Shown piece by piece: positions 23,109 through 35,897 of a stretch of 64,000 nt of DNA. Source of the stretch: Enoplolaimus lenunculus. Its lineage: Eukaryota. Positions within the stretch are counted from its first letter, which is position 1. Every line of letters begins with the position of its first letter. The DNA is taken from assembly GCA_030248215.1 (NCBI GenBank), contig JASANG010003582.1, positions 1-64,000 of the forward strand, in the 5' to 3' direction. The notes beneath the pieces are model-generated. The model did no database searches and was not told where the DNA came from. It saw nothing but the letters and a program-made list of their open reading frames with translations. Both the position numbers and the translations under genes were made by a program.

Positions 23109-26100
23109 CTCCTGAGGTTTCGCCATGTTCGTTCAAAATATATTTCGCATTTGGAGTCATAGTTTTTTGCGAACCATGGATGATAGCTGAAATGTATACC
23201 TACAATGTTTATAATATTGTAAAAGCATGGTAAAAATTGAAAAGTTATAGTTTTCTTAGTTTATTTTCAAATTAAGGTGCACGTTTACTTCGTCAAAATC
23301 GAAAACGTTAATATTTCAGGCACGACATGTCACATATAAAAACAAAACATACATTACTAGCCAATTACCAAATATTAAATATGCAATTCAAACAATTATT
23401 TGGCACTACCTTGACACGTTTCAGAACTTTTCAACCATTGTTTCACCATACCGTTCGCTTTGTTCACGACACAGTCTATGAAACGATCTAAAAACCAAAC
23501 AGCATAGAGTTCGGTCACAAAATATTAATAAAAGTATGCTAACTTATATATAAATCAAAACGAATCGGGTAAAAATCCTTGCAACTGTATATACGTAACA
23601 GAAACCGTTAAGCCATTTAGCCACATTTTTCTTATGTAAATATTCCTGCTCTTATGACAAAGCTGTCCCCATCACATTGTGTGAACGAGAAATAGGGTGT
23701 AGCACAACGAACAGCTAAAATATAATGCAGTACATGAATATATAGTATGTTAATGATTATAATGTAAAATGAAAGGACCTTCACATACAGTTGGGTGGGA
23801 TGAATACTTAACGTTTCAGCATTTTTTAAATAGCGAATGCTCTATACTTGTACTCACCGTTCTCATCTTCAATAATTCTATCGTCGGAAGACTGTTCGGT
23901 ACTGTTTTGATTGACATTGCTCATAGTTGCAGCGTTATAATCAGCGCTATTGTCATCTCTAAGTTTCTTTTCTGCAATTAGCGAAACAACAGTGTTGTGA
24001 AACCAACCGTGTTTGGGTAAGAGCATATCTATTGTTTCTGTCGAAAGGGATGTACCGATACCAAAGCCTTTTCCGATGCCGATTCCAACTTTGTACACCA
24101 TGCTTTAAGCAGATAGAATGCTACATTACATTATTATACGAAGGCTTAAACCGTAACCATCATAAACGATTATAATTTTATAAGAACGATTAATTTCAAT
24201 TACTTTTTTCAAACGCAAATGCAAGGGAGATTACAATTTTTCTGATAAATGAAATTGATAGCATTCCAACTGTTCAGTGTCGATGTCGATGCCGATACTC
24301 ACGAAAAGTGCCGATGCCCATTAACCGGCACATCCCTCAAATACCAAATTTGATTGGTCTATAAGTTTAATAGCAGTTTAGCGTAGCGAAACTGCTATTA
24401 CGCCAAATAGCAGATTGGTCTAAGCCAATTTGGCCTGCATAGCAGATTGCCTACGACATATAGATATACGTATACGTACGTATGTATGTAAGATTGCATG
24501 AACATGTTTTAACAAAAACTGCAGGCGGTTGGAAATTACCTGCCCACTCCTTTGCTTCTGTCATTGACTCTGCCACTATCTCGTCCATTCTTTTTTGTAA
24601 ACTGGAGCTCATGTCAAACAAGAATTCTAAAATATATATAAGCTACGATTCGAGACCGGTAAAGTAAAATTAAAAATTATATATATACGTTGGTAAGCGC
24701 GTGCATATATCATTGTTGGCAATTACTTTGTGCGCTTTGATTATAGATGAAATAAGCCGTAATGACAAAGCACTGAGCCGGATAAGCAACGCGGCATCAT
24801 CTTGTATGTTTTCTAAACCTAAATATAATAAAGCTTACCCTTCGCATCAATCTTCATATGTTTTTGCAACATACTGTTGAGTTCCGTAGGACAATTACAA
24901 TCTGTAGCCTGCATAACAGTAACGCTGTTTTCTGCATTTTGCGGTGTTGAGACGCATAATTTATTCTTTTTAACAACATCGTTACCAACTATGGGACAAC
25001 CTAAAATGCATGCTGAAGCTTAGAAAATCTGGAAAGTGCCCCTAGTATTCTCTTGAGTATATAGTGCCCATTAGCAACCATTTAAACCTATAGCAAGCAA
25101 GAATTCGTTTAAACCATGAGAGTCCTAGCAATACTAATATATCTATAGAAACATATAAATATATATAATATAATTTCGAGTAGACTGTATAGCAAGCAAA
25201 CAGCCGTTTAAACTATAAGATTTCTATCTATTGATCAAACGTACCATTTGTATCCGCCGTTACGTTTTTTTGGATTAACGTGTCTGATTCGTCTTGTCTA
25301 GTAGGACTTGCTATTTGTCCGACAAAGCCGGCGTTCTCAGTGTTAGCTGAAGTACATGCATTGTTCTTTTCAATACTAGCATCTTCTGTCACGAAATCTT
25401 AAACAGAAGAAATACGTACAAATGCAACTGAGCAGTTAGGATGATCTTAAATATAATATACTTGTCGTGTGGCACCTTTCGTCGCCGGATGCGTCTGCTT
25501 ATCACCATGCAGTTTCGCAAAATCAACAAAATTGGTTTTAAAATTTACGCGCAGTATGATTTAGCAAATATATATAACATGCCTAACATAAACAAACGCA
25601 TGAATATGTTGCGACAGCAAGCATATGACTCAGTTGCAAATGTATCAAGAACTCAATGCACGATACAAAATAGCATACGTACCATAAAAATGACAACATA
25701 TGTTTAGAAATTAAAACTGTAGCGCAAACTTCAACAGGATAGGGTACGCAGAGTCGAAAACTTTTTGTACGCTCATAACGTTCCCGCTGCTAAAGCGTAC
25801 TAGACGACAAAAGGTGAGATTGTATTTTTATCATTGAAGCAACATTTTATTTAAAGTTTTCAACACATGACTAATGATTTTGAACATTTCACATAGACAC
25901 CATGTAGATACGTAGCATGTAGGTAGATATACGTATATACGTTACGGCGCTGGTTTTTTAACTAAACTAATGTACCGTAGCCGTTTTGGAGGAAATGCAT
26001 CAACTTATTCCCCGTAAATTCGATTCAATTCAGTTATTTCGATAGTTTCTCACAAAAAGTTCACCCCCACAATGAATGGATCTAAACTCAAAAGTTAGCT

Positions 26101-29100
26101 TGATTTTCTCCTAAATTAAATGTACTTAGCTATATATTGTATTTATCTTTTACCTACCTGAGCTTGTAGTTGGATCCTGTGGTCCGTCTGTAAATCCGCT
26201 AATAAACCCTGAAATTGAGAAAATTACGCTTTAAAAATCGCAAGTTTCATTGCGTGCAAAAAATATCTGGTGTGAATAAAACATTTTACCGTTCCGCTCG
26301 ACAACTCGTTCACGAAAACTCATGACCCAATGTTACTGAATATAGGTACTCAGACTCAATGCTTACCATCCAAAAATGTCTCTGTACTCAGTCCAATTTT
26401 TTCTTCAAAAGCGTTCGAATTCAATGTTTCATCTTTTCCACCTGTTAAATGGTACACTAGACAGGGTAATTTGAAAATGACAATTAGTTAGAGATTTAAA
26501 AACCGATTTGCTAAGCAGTGTACATGCCTAATGCCAATCTCTATGTAAAACCTGCTTTCTGAGATTTATAAACTGCGTAATACATAAGTACATATGTGTT
26601 ACTGTTACGTACTGTTTAGTTTTCCAATTGATATAGGTATACAATTTTGCTTATTGCTAATTTAGCTTTCCTAACACGTTTGTCTTTGTATGTATATACG
26701 ACAGCTTGGGTACTAGATTTTTGATCAATCAGTCTTACTTGAGCTAGCAACCGCTTTATCAATGTTAGGAATATATCCATCTTCGTCGTCAGAGTTGCGA
26801 CTGGGTTTAGTTTTGCAACAATCTGTAAATCGTATATATACCTTTATATATACGTATATATTTGTATTCGGTTGAAAAGTTACACCATAGCTCGTTCAAC
26901 GGCATTATAAAATCAAAACGTAGCCAAATTGAAAGACAGGTATGAAGTGAAAATCGACTCTGTGCAAGGAAATTAAACTTTATTATTAAAAACTCTGATA
27001 ATATTTTTACTTTCTATTGTGATTTGTTTCCGCTGTAGCGTTAAAACGATTTCCGTTAAAAAACGAACGGGAGTCAAGTTTTAAGTTTTACTGGTAAAAG
27101 ATAGCTGGGGAGTAAGTTTGTTAATAATACACTATAAAGCAACTGAAAGAGTCCATTTTTATGGCATTTATTTTTCTCGTGACATGAGTCAGACTGTATC
27201 GGCTACTCCGGGCAATCTCCCTGACCACCCTTAAAAAAACGAGGGAAAGCTTTTAGGAACTAACGCTTTTTACAAAAATTTGATTCATTTGACCTTTAGC
27301 AGCTGCACTGCTGCACAATCAATAAATAGTAAAATATAGGTCACACCAGTGTTATGAGAACCCCCGTTAAAATATTAAAAACTGCTGATATTTCTAAAAA
27401 ATATTTCTAACTGAACTAGTGGGTTTTCTGGTGGGCTCTTTAAACACTTCCTACGTTAAGGTTCAGGATTTGCCGAAGGTTTAGGATAGACATAATATAG
27501 GCAAATGTTTTAGCTTAGACTTGTTTATTGCTGATGCATTAATGGAAGCGTTAAACCAAATGTGGCGTTCGTAAAAGTGTGCAAAACCTTTGATTCACAT
27601 TGTTTTCTTTAGCTTACCTTGCTGTTTAGCTGTTTGGGACGAGTTCCCATGATGCGAGTTTTCGTTATTTTCCATTGATTGCTTTGCTGAATTCGATCCA
27701 TTCTGAAACTAGAAATGATAAAATTTAAGGTTGTAATAAATAAAAATGAAAACGTACTGTATACGTGTAATATAAACCTAAGACAAAGTAAAAAATTAGT
27801 TTAAAACTTGAGCTTATTGTACGTATATATTAGTTATGCGAAAAAATGGTTTGACTTTCGCAGTAACATGGTCCGCAGAACTCATGAACTGCTTTACAAC
27901 ATTGATCTGAATTACTTGCGTTAAATTAACACCAAATTTAAAGCTGGGCTCGAACTGTACATTCCCGGGGATATATACCTTTACACGTTTTTTGTATTTT
28001 TGTTGCAAACGTTTTGACCATCCAGGAGTGTTCTTCAACGATTTAATTTTGTTGAATTTGATTTTGGGTATGCCATTATTACCCAGTTGATTATCACGAT
28101 CGCTTTTCTGCTGACAAGAAGCTATTATACGCATCTGCTGTCCATTTTCAGTCCTGTCGTCTTTTTCCTACAAACACAAACACTAGGTGCATCAAACTGT
28201 GCGTTAATCAACAGGAATGCTGTTTTGTCACAAGGGACTCCTTATCTGCTTTTAAATGATATATATTCGAATTTGATTACACTAAAGTTATTATGTGCTA
28301 CGAGGAATATATACAGTTGCAGAAACTTAAATCAAAAGTTGCATAAACATTTTTCTTAAACCCAAAGTTTGTAATTTATATGTCAAATGAAACCCAAACG
28401 TGGTTAATATTTTACCGGCATCGTCGAACTATTTTCTGAATTTGTTCCTGATTCTGATGCTGATGAGGGGGTTTTATTGCTAACATCGAGAATCGGTTGA
28501 TGATCTTCTTTTGAACTAGGCTAAAAACCATACCATGAATACTATTGATTCGAAAGCTTCATATACCTAAGTATAAGTAGGTATTCGAAAGCATTATAAT
28601 AGATACGGCGTAAAAATGGTGAGCAAATCGATCGAGCGAGAGACTAAAGCATGTGTTAAACTAATCCAAAGAGCAGATTTTTCCAAGTGTTGGCGAATGT
28701 ACACAACGCGGGCGGAACAGTATATATTAAAAGCATATTCCTAAGCCTACGACTAAGCATGTTTCAGATACTGTTTTTAAGCATGAAACCAAGCGAATAG
28801 AGGGTACTTATTTTTTATAATTTTAAGACCATAGCTCAATAACCAAGCAGTGTAGAGGTTTGAAGCATTGTAGAGCTTGAAATGTGCACTATAAAGTTTG
28901 CAACACTTTAGAGAACAAATCTGATAGAATTCAAAGCTCTACGATGTTTGGTTATATTGAGTAAGGGTCCAAAAATTATAAAAAATGAATAATGGATGCA
29001 TAAAACACTGGCATACGTGGAAGTATATATTTCTATTCTGGTTTAAAATTCAGTTTCGTTTTGCACCCTATTTGGTGTGTTAAAATATAGTATTTACCGG

Positions 29101-30217
29101 CATAGTATTTGGAGATTCTATTGATAACGCTTTTACTGAGTTCTGTTCCTGAACACTGTGCTCTTGTGAGCTGAGCTGAAAATAAACCATATTAAAGTTG
29201 CGAGTGAACTTTTTATCACGGTCCGGTTCCGGCAAAAAAGTGACGATATTTAGCTTCGGCTCATTGCTAAAAAGTTAACATACGCACCTAATTCTGTTTC
29301 TATGTATATATTTTAGGGAGTAAAATAACATTTGACGTACAAACTTTTGTTTGAAAGGACTAAACAAGAGCTTTACAAACTGTAGAAATGGGCAGATTTT
29401 GCGTAGAAAAAAGAAAGAAATGGTAAAGCGTTGCGTTTTCTTCCTAACCTCTTTATTCAGAGGGGTAACCGGTGCGATCCATGGCACGTTATGTATTCGG
29501 CGTCAAACATGCTCCCCTTATAGTTTAGCTTAGGGCTGTTCAAGTGATAGCGCCCACATAGGAATTACTTACCGATGAAGTGTTTTCAGATGACGCTGGT
29601 GACGGGGTTTTATCTATATTCTGTTGGAATGACTCCCGAATCCTGCTTTTTTGTATATTATTCAGCCTCTTGTTTCGGCGCGCCGCGTCCTTTCCACTAG
29701 GATCCATGTTTTCTTTTTCGTCGTTTCCCTGACGTACCTATACGTATTTATATATACATTGATAAGACATGCTATTGTGCAAAGTTCAGCCTGTATACTT
29801 CTTTACAGTTCAGAATTATTAAATATGTAATGTTCAAAATATGTAGGTTGATCTTAGGTATATATTTTAGAACAGGTTGTGCATAAGGCACACAAACAGC
29901 ACAAAATAAACCAATTCGACTCTTTTACAAAGGTTAAGATTTCGACTTATGCTTAGGTAAAGTTTTAGGCAGACTTAAGGCGTGAACCATGAAAAGTGCA
30001 TATATATATAAAGAACCACGATTCCTAAGAATGGGCAAAATATTAACAAAATACCAGAACAAGTATTCCAAAACGTTTGTTGCACTCAAATTCGACAGTA
30101 AAACATGTTTGAGATATATAGCATACCTTGGCTTTATGTGACCTTTTTTCCTTTTTGGTTTTGAATAATCGCTGCAACAAAGCAAATGACATAAACGTTG
30201 GTATAACGTATATACAT
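23109..30217 (-). CDS. Chain of small exons encoding a long S/N/E/K-rich N-terminal region spliced to the SET exon
   Basis: GT-AG, phase-compatible, stop-free exons: 30127-30217, 29573-29737, 29098-29175, 28416-28520, 27979-28167, 27618-27702, 26739-26822, 26367-26441, 26158-26208, 25245-25397, 24839-25000, 24540-24626, 23858-23971, 23109-23186, then 21805. Confidence 0.75.
24047..24337. mobile_element. hAT-type MITE (AGGGATGT(G/A)CCGAT family), intronic
   Basis: agggatgtaccgat ... cggcacatccct with gccgat subterminal repeats; related end at 54758. Confidence 0.7.
28806..28993. mobile_element. Palindromic MITE-like element, intronic
   Basis: ttttttataatttt..gacc..gctcaataaccaagca..gtagag mirrored by ctctacgatgtttggttatattgag..ggtccaaaaattataaaaaa. 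Confidence 0.55.
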
Positions 30218-30474
30218 CTAAAGTTGTGCACATTCCAAAACATTGGTATGATAGTCCAAAGCAGCTGTAGTAAGGTCTTCAAGACATGCTAAATACCTGG
30301 CAGCAAAGCATCGAATCTAAAATCCTTTAAATGCATTTTTCACTTCCAAAATTCAACAATTTAATGATATATATACCTACATGCAGAATTTCCTTTATCG
30401 AATCTCTCCTTTGATAAGTTGTAGGAGCACTTGGGGATGCAAAAGTGCACTTGGGCTAGGCAGCGAAAGATTTA

Positions 30475-30616
30475 GGTCCATGTTACTTTAAGGGGCGTCC
30501 AGGTATCTGGTGGTTCCATAAAGAGTGTGTTTAGATTATAGAATACATTTTTTGCTTAGGCTTAGGCTTAGGAATACGCTTAATCTACACTTACACCCCT
30601 TAAAGTAACATTGGCC
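30475..30616. mobile_element. GGCC/TTAGGC element copy
   Basis: ggtccatgttactttaaggggcgt ... acaccccttaaagtaacattggcc. Confidence 0.85.
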
Positions 30617-30627
30617 GAAAAACTAAC

Positions 30628-31497
30628 TGGTCTTTTGGCATGCTTTAAGATACACCTCGTTGCTTCATATAACTCGTTTCTTAGAACAGCGGTTTTTGGA
30701 GATCTGGGGTCTCCGTTCGCTAAGGTTCCCAGATCAGTTGTCATGCATAGTTCAATGTGGTTGTCAACTGCTTTGCTTAAGCTTGCAAGTTTCTCTTGTT
30801 CCTTGATTCTGCAATAAACAGCAGTGACCGTTTGAGCAAGCAAGCATATACGTGCACACTATGATGTAACATCATTTAAATTATCTTACAACCTTAAATT
30901 CAGTATAAGTCATAACGTACTGAATTGGGAGTGTTTATATATACCTAAACTTCAAAAGAAACCATTGACGTATAGATATATATATTTATATATATATATA
31001 TATATATACAGACAACCTCACGTAATTATATATGTAATGTTCATTTTTTGAAGATACGGAATTTATGGGAGGTGTTGGTCATTCTTAACATGCGTAAAAC
31101 ATTAATACACGGATTGCAGGCTGAGATGTATATACCTTCGGCAGCGGCGGGAAATAATAGATTCTATAGCATTTCGCATCGATACAGCTAGATAGAACGC
31201 AAGTAGAGTTGGATTCCCCATCAAAATATCAAGCTTTTCGCGATTTCGCCTCTGACTGCCAAGGTCGCATTCCGATTTGCAAATTAAACTAATCATTGCG
31301 TATCGGGCTCTTTTGTCAGGAAACATATCAGTGAAACGTCGAGACAGAGTGTAATCTTCTCCAAGCATATAACTTTGCGCGGCGTATACTCCAGTTTTTT
31401 CGTTGTATGGTCCAAAATTAAGTGACGAAATGTAATCATCAAGCATCTGCTCGTCTACGAATTCGCCGCACCAAAATCGACTATGGCCAATGTCAAT
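30628..31497 (-). CDS. Two further probable exons (~30628-30858, ~31137-31497) upstream of the SET gene chain, unknown domain
   Basis: Open frames CARICLLAQTVTAVY...KHAKRP|gttagt and ag|IDIGHSRFWCGEF...SRRCR|gtatat; the junction phase between them is not resolved. Confidence 0.45.
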
Positions 31498-31599
31498 CTA
31501 AATATATTTTAGTATGCTAACAATCAAAATTGAGAAGACAGTGACGACAAAATTCACATTAAAGTATTTAAAAATGTTGAAGACAAAAGTACTTGTAGT

Positions 31600-32071
31600 T
31601 TTGGTTCAACCTTTCTAATTATTATAGATTCCAATATCTGGAGCGCCAATTGAAACGAGAAACCAATTTTGGAGCACTCGCAACTACAGAAATATCAGAA
31701 AATAAACACGGATGTTGGGTATCCGAAACATGTTCAGAAATCGCCGACCTTTGTTTTAAACTAGAAACGGTGGAGATCAGTGTTCTATCCGAAACTCTCA
31801 TATGCTCACAAATACGTATAATCTGCTTTATGCAGTACGACGAAGCCATTGCCCTTATCGGGTTTCAAGATGACAATGGTCTCGTCGGTACTAAGATGTT
31901 TCAAAGCTGCTAAAATATTCCTACGAACATTTGGTGGAGGTGGAAAATGACTGAAATTTACAAGAGCAGCGTCAAGAAACTAAAGCATTGCTTTTAGGGC
32001 CGAATTTTGTACCGTTTGTTAATAAAATTGACTCGGATAGACTTATTGTGGATTCAGAGTTGTTTGCAGTT
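31600..32071 (-). mobile_element. Penelope-like element, inverted internally deleted fragment (RT N-region fused to GIY-YIG C-part)
   Basis: ~31818-32071 is the reverse complement of ~32578-32838; continues into EHMRVS...RSAISEHVSDTQH..FSDISVVASA, typical of the PLE GIY-YIG endonuclease tail. Confidence 0.75.
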
Positions 32072-32198
32072 ACATTAATAAAAGTATTAAAATAGTTTCA
32101 TTAATAAAAATATTGAATTAGAGACATCTTATTACGGTTAAACTGTAAATTCGCTACGAATATACCAAGACATTACAAATTTATCAATAAAAGGAAAA

Positions 32199-33352
32199 AT
32201 GTTATCTTCGTTCCTTGTTTGTTTACCGGGATTCGTAGCAAACATGGGAATCAAGTTTTAGCGAAATGTCAGAATTGACTTAATACGTCCCTGAAAATTG
32301 CTAAAACAGGCGAACATTCGATTTCTTGAACAATATATGAAGTTGTCGCTTGTTCCTTCTTTTTTGAAACTTAGAAATGGAGTGATTAAACGAAATATTT
32401 TCAATGTCTCAAATTTTACATTTCAAATTTTGAGACTTGCAATTTGGTCTACATCGAAAAGGATATCCCAGTTGAATAAGCTTTGCAAACTGGCTACGGA
32501 CTGGATTTCCGTAAAAGTTCCTATTGATAAATTTGTAATGTCTTGCTATATTTTCTGGAATTTACAGTTTAACCGCAAACTGCAAACAACTCTGAATCCG
32601 CAATAAGTCTATCCGAGTCAATTTTATTAACAAACGGTACAAAATTCGGCCCTAAAAGCAATGCTTTAGTTTCTTGACGCTGCTCTTGTAAATTTCAGTC
32701 ATTTTCCACCTCCACCAAATGTTCGTAGGAATATTTTGGCAGCTTTAAAACATCTTAGTACCGACGAGACCATTGTCATCTTGAAACCCGATAAGGGCAA
32801 TGGCTTCGTCGTCGTCGTACTGAATAAAGCAGATTATATGAATAAAGTGAACACGATATTGGATAATTCTAATGTGTTTACTTTAATTGATGATCAGTCC
32901 GTTGGGATCCAAGTTACCTATCCTGTACGGACTGCCAACAACGCACTTTGCACGTCCAATAATGTGTGCAATTTCATCTGCTTGTCACAGTCTAGCACAA
33001 ATGTTAGACTCAATTTTGAAACCTATCAGTATTGGTGACTAACTGTTCAATCATCATTTCAATTTGTAAAAGAGGTAAAAAATTTAAATTTGAAGGGTAA
33101 TGTCATGGTCTCGTACGATGTCTCATCACTGTTCACTAATATACCTATTTTGCAAACTTTGAATATTATCAATGAGAATATGTTAAGAATAAATTTTCTT
33201 CTGATTTTCTAATTGATTTATTATTACGAGCAGTTAAATTATGCCCTTTGAAGCATAAGTTTGTATTTGATAAAAAGATCTATGCACAGCATGATGGGGT
33301 CGCTATGGGATTTCCGTTAGGCCCGGTTTTAGCCAACATTTTTATGGTTGAG
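32199..33352 (+). pseudogene. Degenerate Penelope-like reverse transcriptase, 3'-truncated
   Basis: ALKHL..DETIVILKPDKGNG..VLNKADY, MVSYDVSSLFTNIP (~33105), YAQHDGVAMGFPLGPVLANIFM (~33281); stops and frameshifts; ends before the YxDD motif. Confidence 0.9.
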
Positions 33353-33843
33353 TCACTGGAATAAAGTCACCATTTACAAGAAATTATTATTGTTATACAG
33401 TGATAACCTTTTAGTTGTCTAACAGCGAAACAGTACCAAATTTCTTGTCCAAAAAATAATTGAATGTTGTGTCAAAAAATAATTGTAGATGGTGCAAAGC
33501 ATTGTGAACAGTTTTTATCAGACTCCCTAGGTGACTGGTGCGCTTTGCATAGCGTGAGTAGGATGATAGTTGTAGCGCAGCACTGTACCGATTTGGCTTA
33601 AATACCTGTATCTTTGTTCCGGTTCTAATAGAGCGACCGTGAAGCCGCTCTTCCAAAAATGGGTTGGACAAGACGACCCCAGCATGACTATGTACAACCC
33701 AATAAATAAAAATGTAAAATGTTTGTATATACAATCAACTGAACAAAACATACAGCTTCTATATAAGCTGGCTATAATATTTCGCACACCAGCGTTATTT
33801 GTTATCCTTGGTCGTACGCAAAGGTTCTGTAATATATATATAT

Positions 33844-34270
<427 letters not shown>

Positions 34271-35534
34271 CTAATTCAACTATACTATAATTATTTAGCA
34301 CACTTAAGAAACTTGCTCGCATGCCAAAACACATAGAAAATTGGTTGTGCTGAGTTTCGTAGTGAAGCCCGAAACAACCGAAAATTTGAGTTATCGGAAC
34401 AAAGATGTGCACTGTAAATTATATTTGATTTTAACCCTCAGAAAAAGTTACACTCGGCAACCGGGGGGATGCATCCCCCATATCCCGCTGGATCCGCCGT
34501 TGGTATTACTTTTAAAAAAACTTCAGAAAATTTATACGTACTTTTACGTATTCGTATTTATGCTAACAGCTATAGAACTGATTAACTCCAAATCCAACAA
34601 CAAGTTTAGAATTTTGGAGATATATAATTAAGGGCTCAGGTTTAACTTTTATGTTAGACGTTACCCTTAGGTGCAGCCTTGCTTATAAATTCGCATATGG
34701 TCAGGTTACTGTTACGTTCTGAAAAGTAATTATTGATCGACTGATACTTACAAATCGAGTTGTATCCAATCTTTCGCGGTGTTCGCGATTTTTCACAATT
34801 GTGTGAACGCGAGCAGTCGTTTGGCGCTTAACCACCGTAGACGCAGACGCAAGGACAGGTATATTAGTTTGTGATGGTTCCTGACATTCCTCACGCGAAA
34901 CTGATGCCTGTGACATTTTAACGTCGGGTCGTATGCGTTGCGGGCGAAGTATCGTACACCAATAATTCGTTAATGATTTGTAATATACGTACGTAAAACG
35001 TAACAAAGCAGATCTATTTTAAATATTAAAGGATCAAGTGTGCCTGAAAACATACCTGTACGTGAATGTGATAACGAGAATATTTAAATATATATGCTAA
35101 AAATAGCATTGGTAATTTGCTCACTGAAGTGAGAATTGTATTTTCGTTATCACTTGCAAACCAGTTTGCCCAAAATGGTCGGCTTTGAAAATTTTCTCCG
35201 CATAATTCCACATTTAAAACGAATTCGTAATAATCTGATTTTTGCGGTCCAAAGCCTCAAATATATATACCTACGTATAAACTATACCCCAGAGACATCA
35301 CAGCTAATGCTACTTCAAGGAGCTTGACGGTAGCCTGAATTTACAATTTGCTGTCCAGAAATTCGTCAACCGATAGCTTGCATACACGTATATAAAACCT
35401 GGCACTGGCAGTTAGTCGACACCGACCTTCCACATAAGCTTAGGCTTAGGCTTAGGCTTAATGTATTTTAAACAAGTCGGTGCCCAGGCGCCCTAATTAT
35501 GTTGTTTCTACGTCTATGCGGCCCGAGCGTACCT

Positions 35535-35897
35535 CTATGCGCGACGGTTTAAAGGATCAACAGGCACGTCTTCGTCATGCTCAGAAGATAACTGTGTTCC
35601 TTCTAGGCAAACTGTATCAAGTAAATTGTCGTCATTTTCTGGCTCAGGGTCAGGTGGAATGTAGAAGTTAAGTAAATGTTGAAATCCAGGTGATGTGCAG
35701 ATGGAATAATATCTCAGACAAATATGTGGACCATGTGTATTCTTAAAATGTTCAAGCATTTCCATTATCTCTGAGAGGACTTGACGTACATCTCGGTTTG
35801 AAATACGAACCAGCAGTTCTTCATGAAATCTTACAAAGTGGTTTACATAAACATTAAAATATTGGAATGACGCGTTACAAACTATACAGTAGTACAT
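35535..35897 (-). CDS. 120-aa protein with N-terminal C2H2-type zinc finger and acidic/Pro tail
   Basis: MYYCIVCNASFQYFNVYVNHFVRFH fits Y-x-C-x2-C-x3-F-x8-H-x4-H. Confidence 0.55.
   Translation of the reverse strand: MYYCIVCNASFQYFNVYVNHFVRFHEELLVRISNRDVRQVLSEIMEMLEHFKNTHGPHICLRYYSICTSPGFQHLLNFYIPPDPEPENDDNLLDTVCLEGTQLSSEHDEDVPVDPLNRRA

Noticed and set aside
24819..24838. 20-nt micro-intron (gtaagctttattatatttag)
   Set aside because: The following segment has no phase-compatible donor; direct splicing 24839->24626 keeps the frame
31500..32200. Hammerhead ribozyme expected in Penelope-like elements
   Set aside because: No CTGANGA...GAAA core with flanking stems seen by eye
33411..33734. Continuation of the Penelope RT thumb region
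   Set aside because: Opposite strand to the RT and only vague similarity; splice signals fit host-gene exons better
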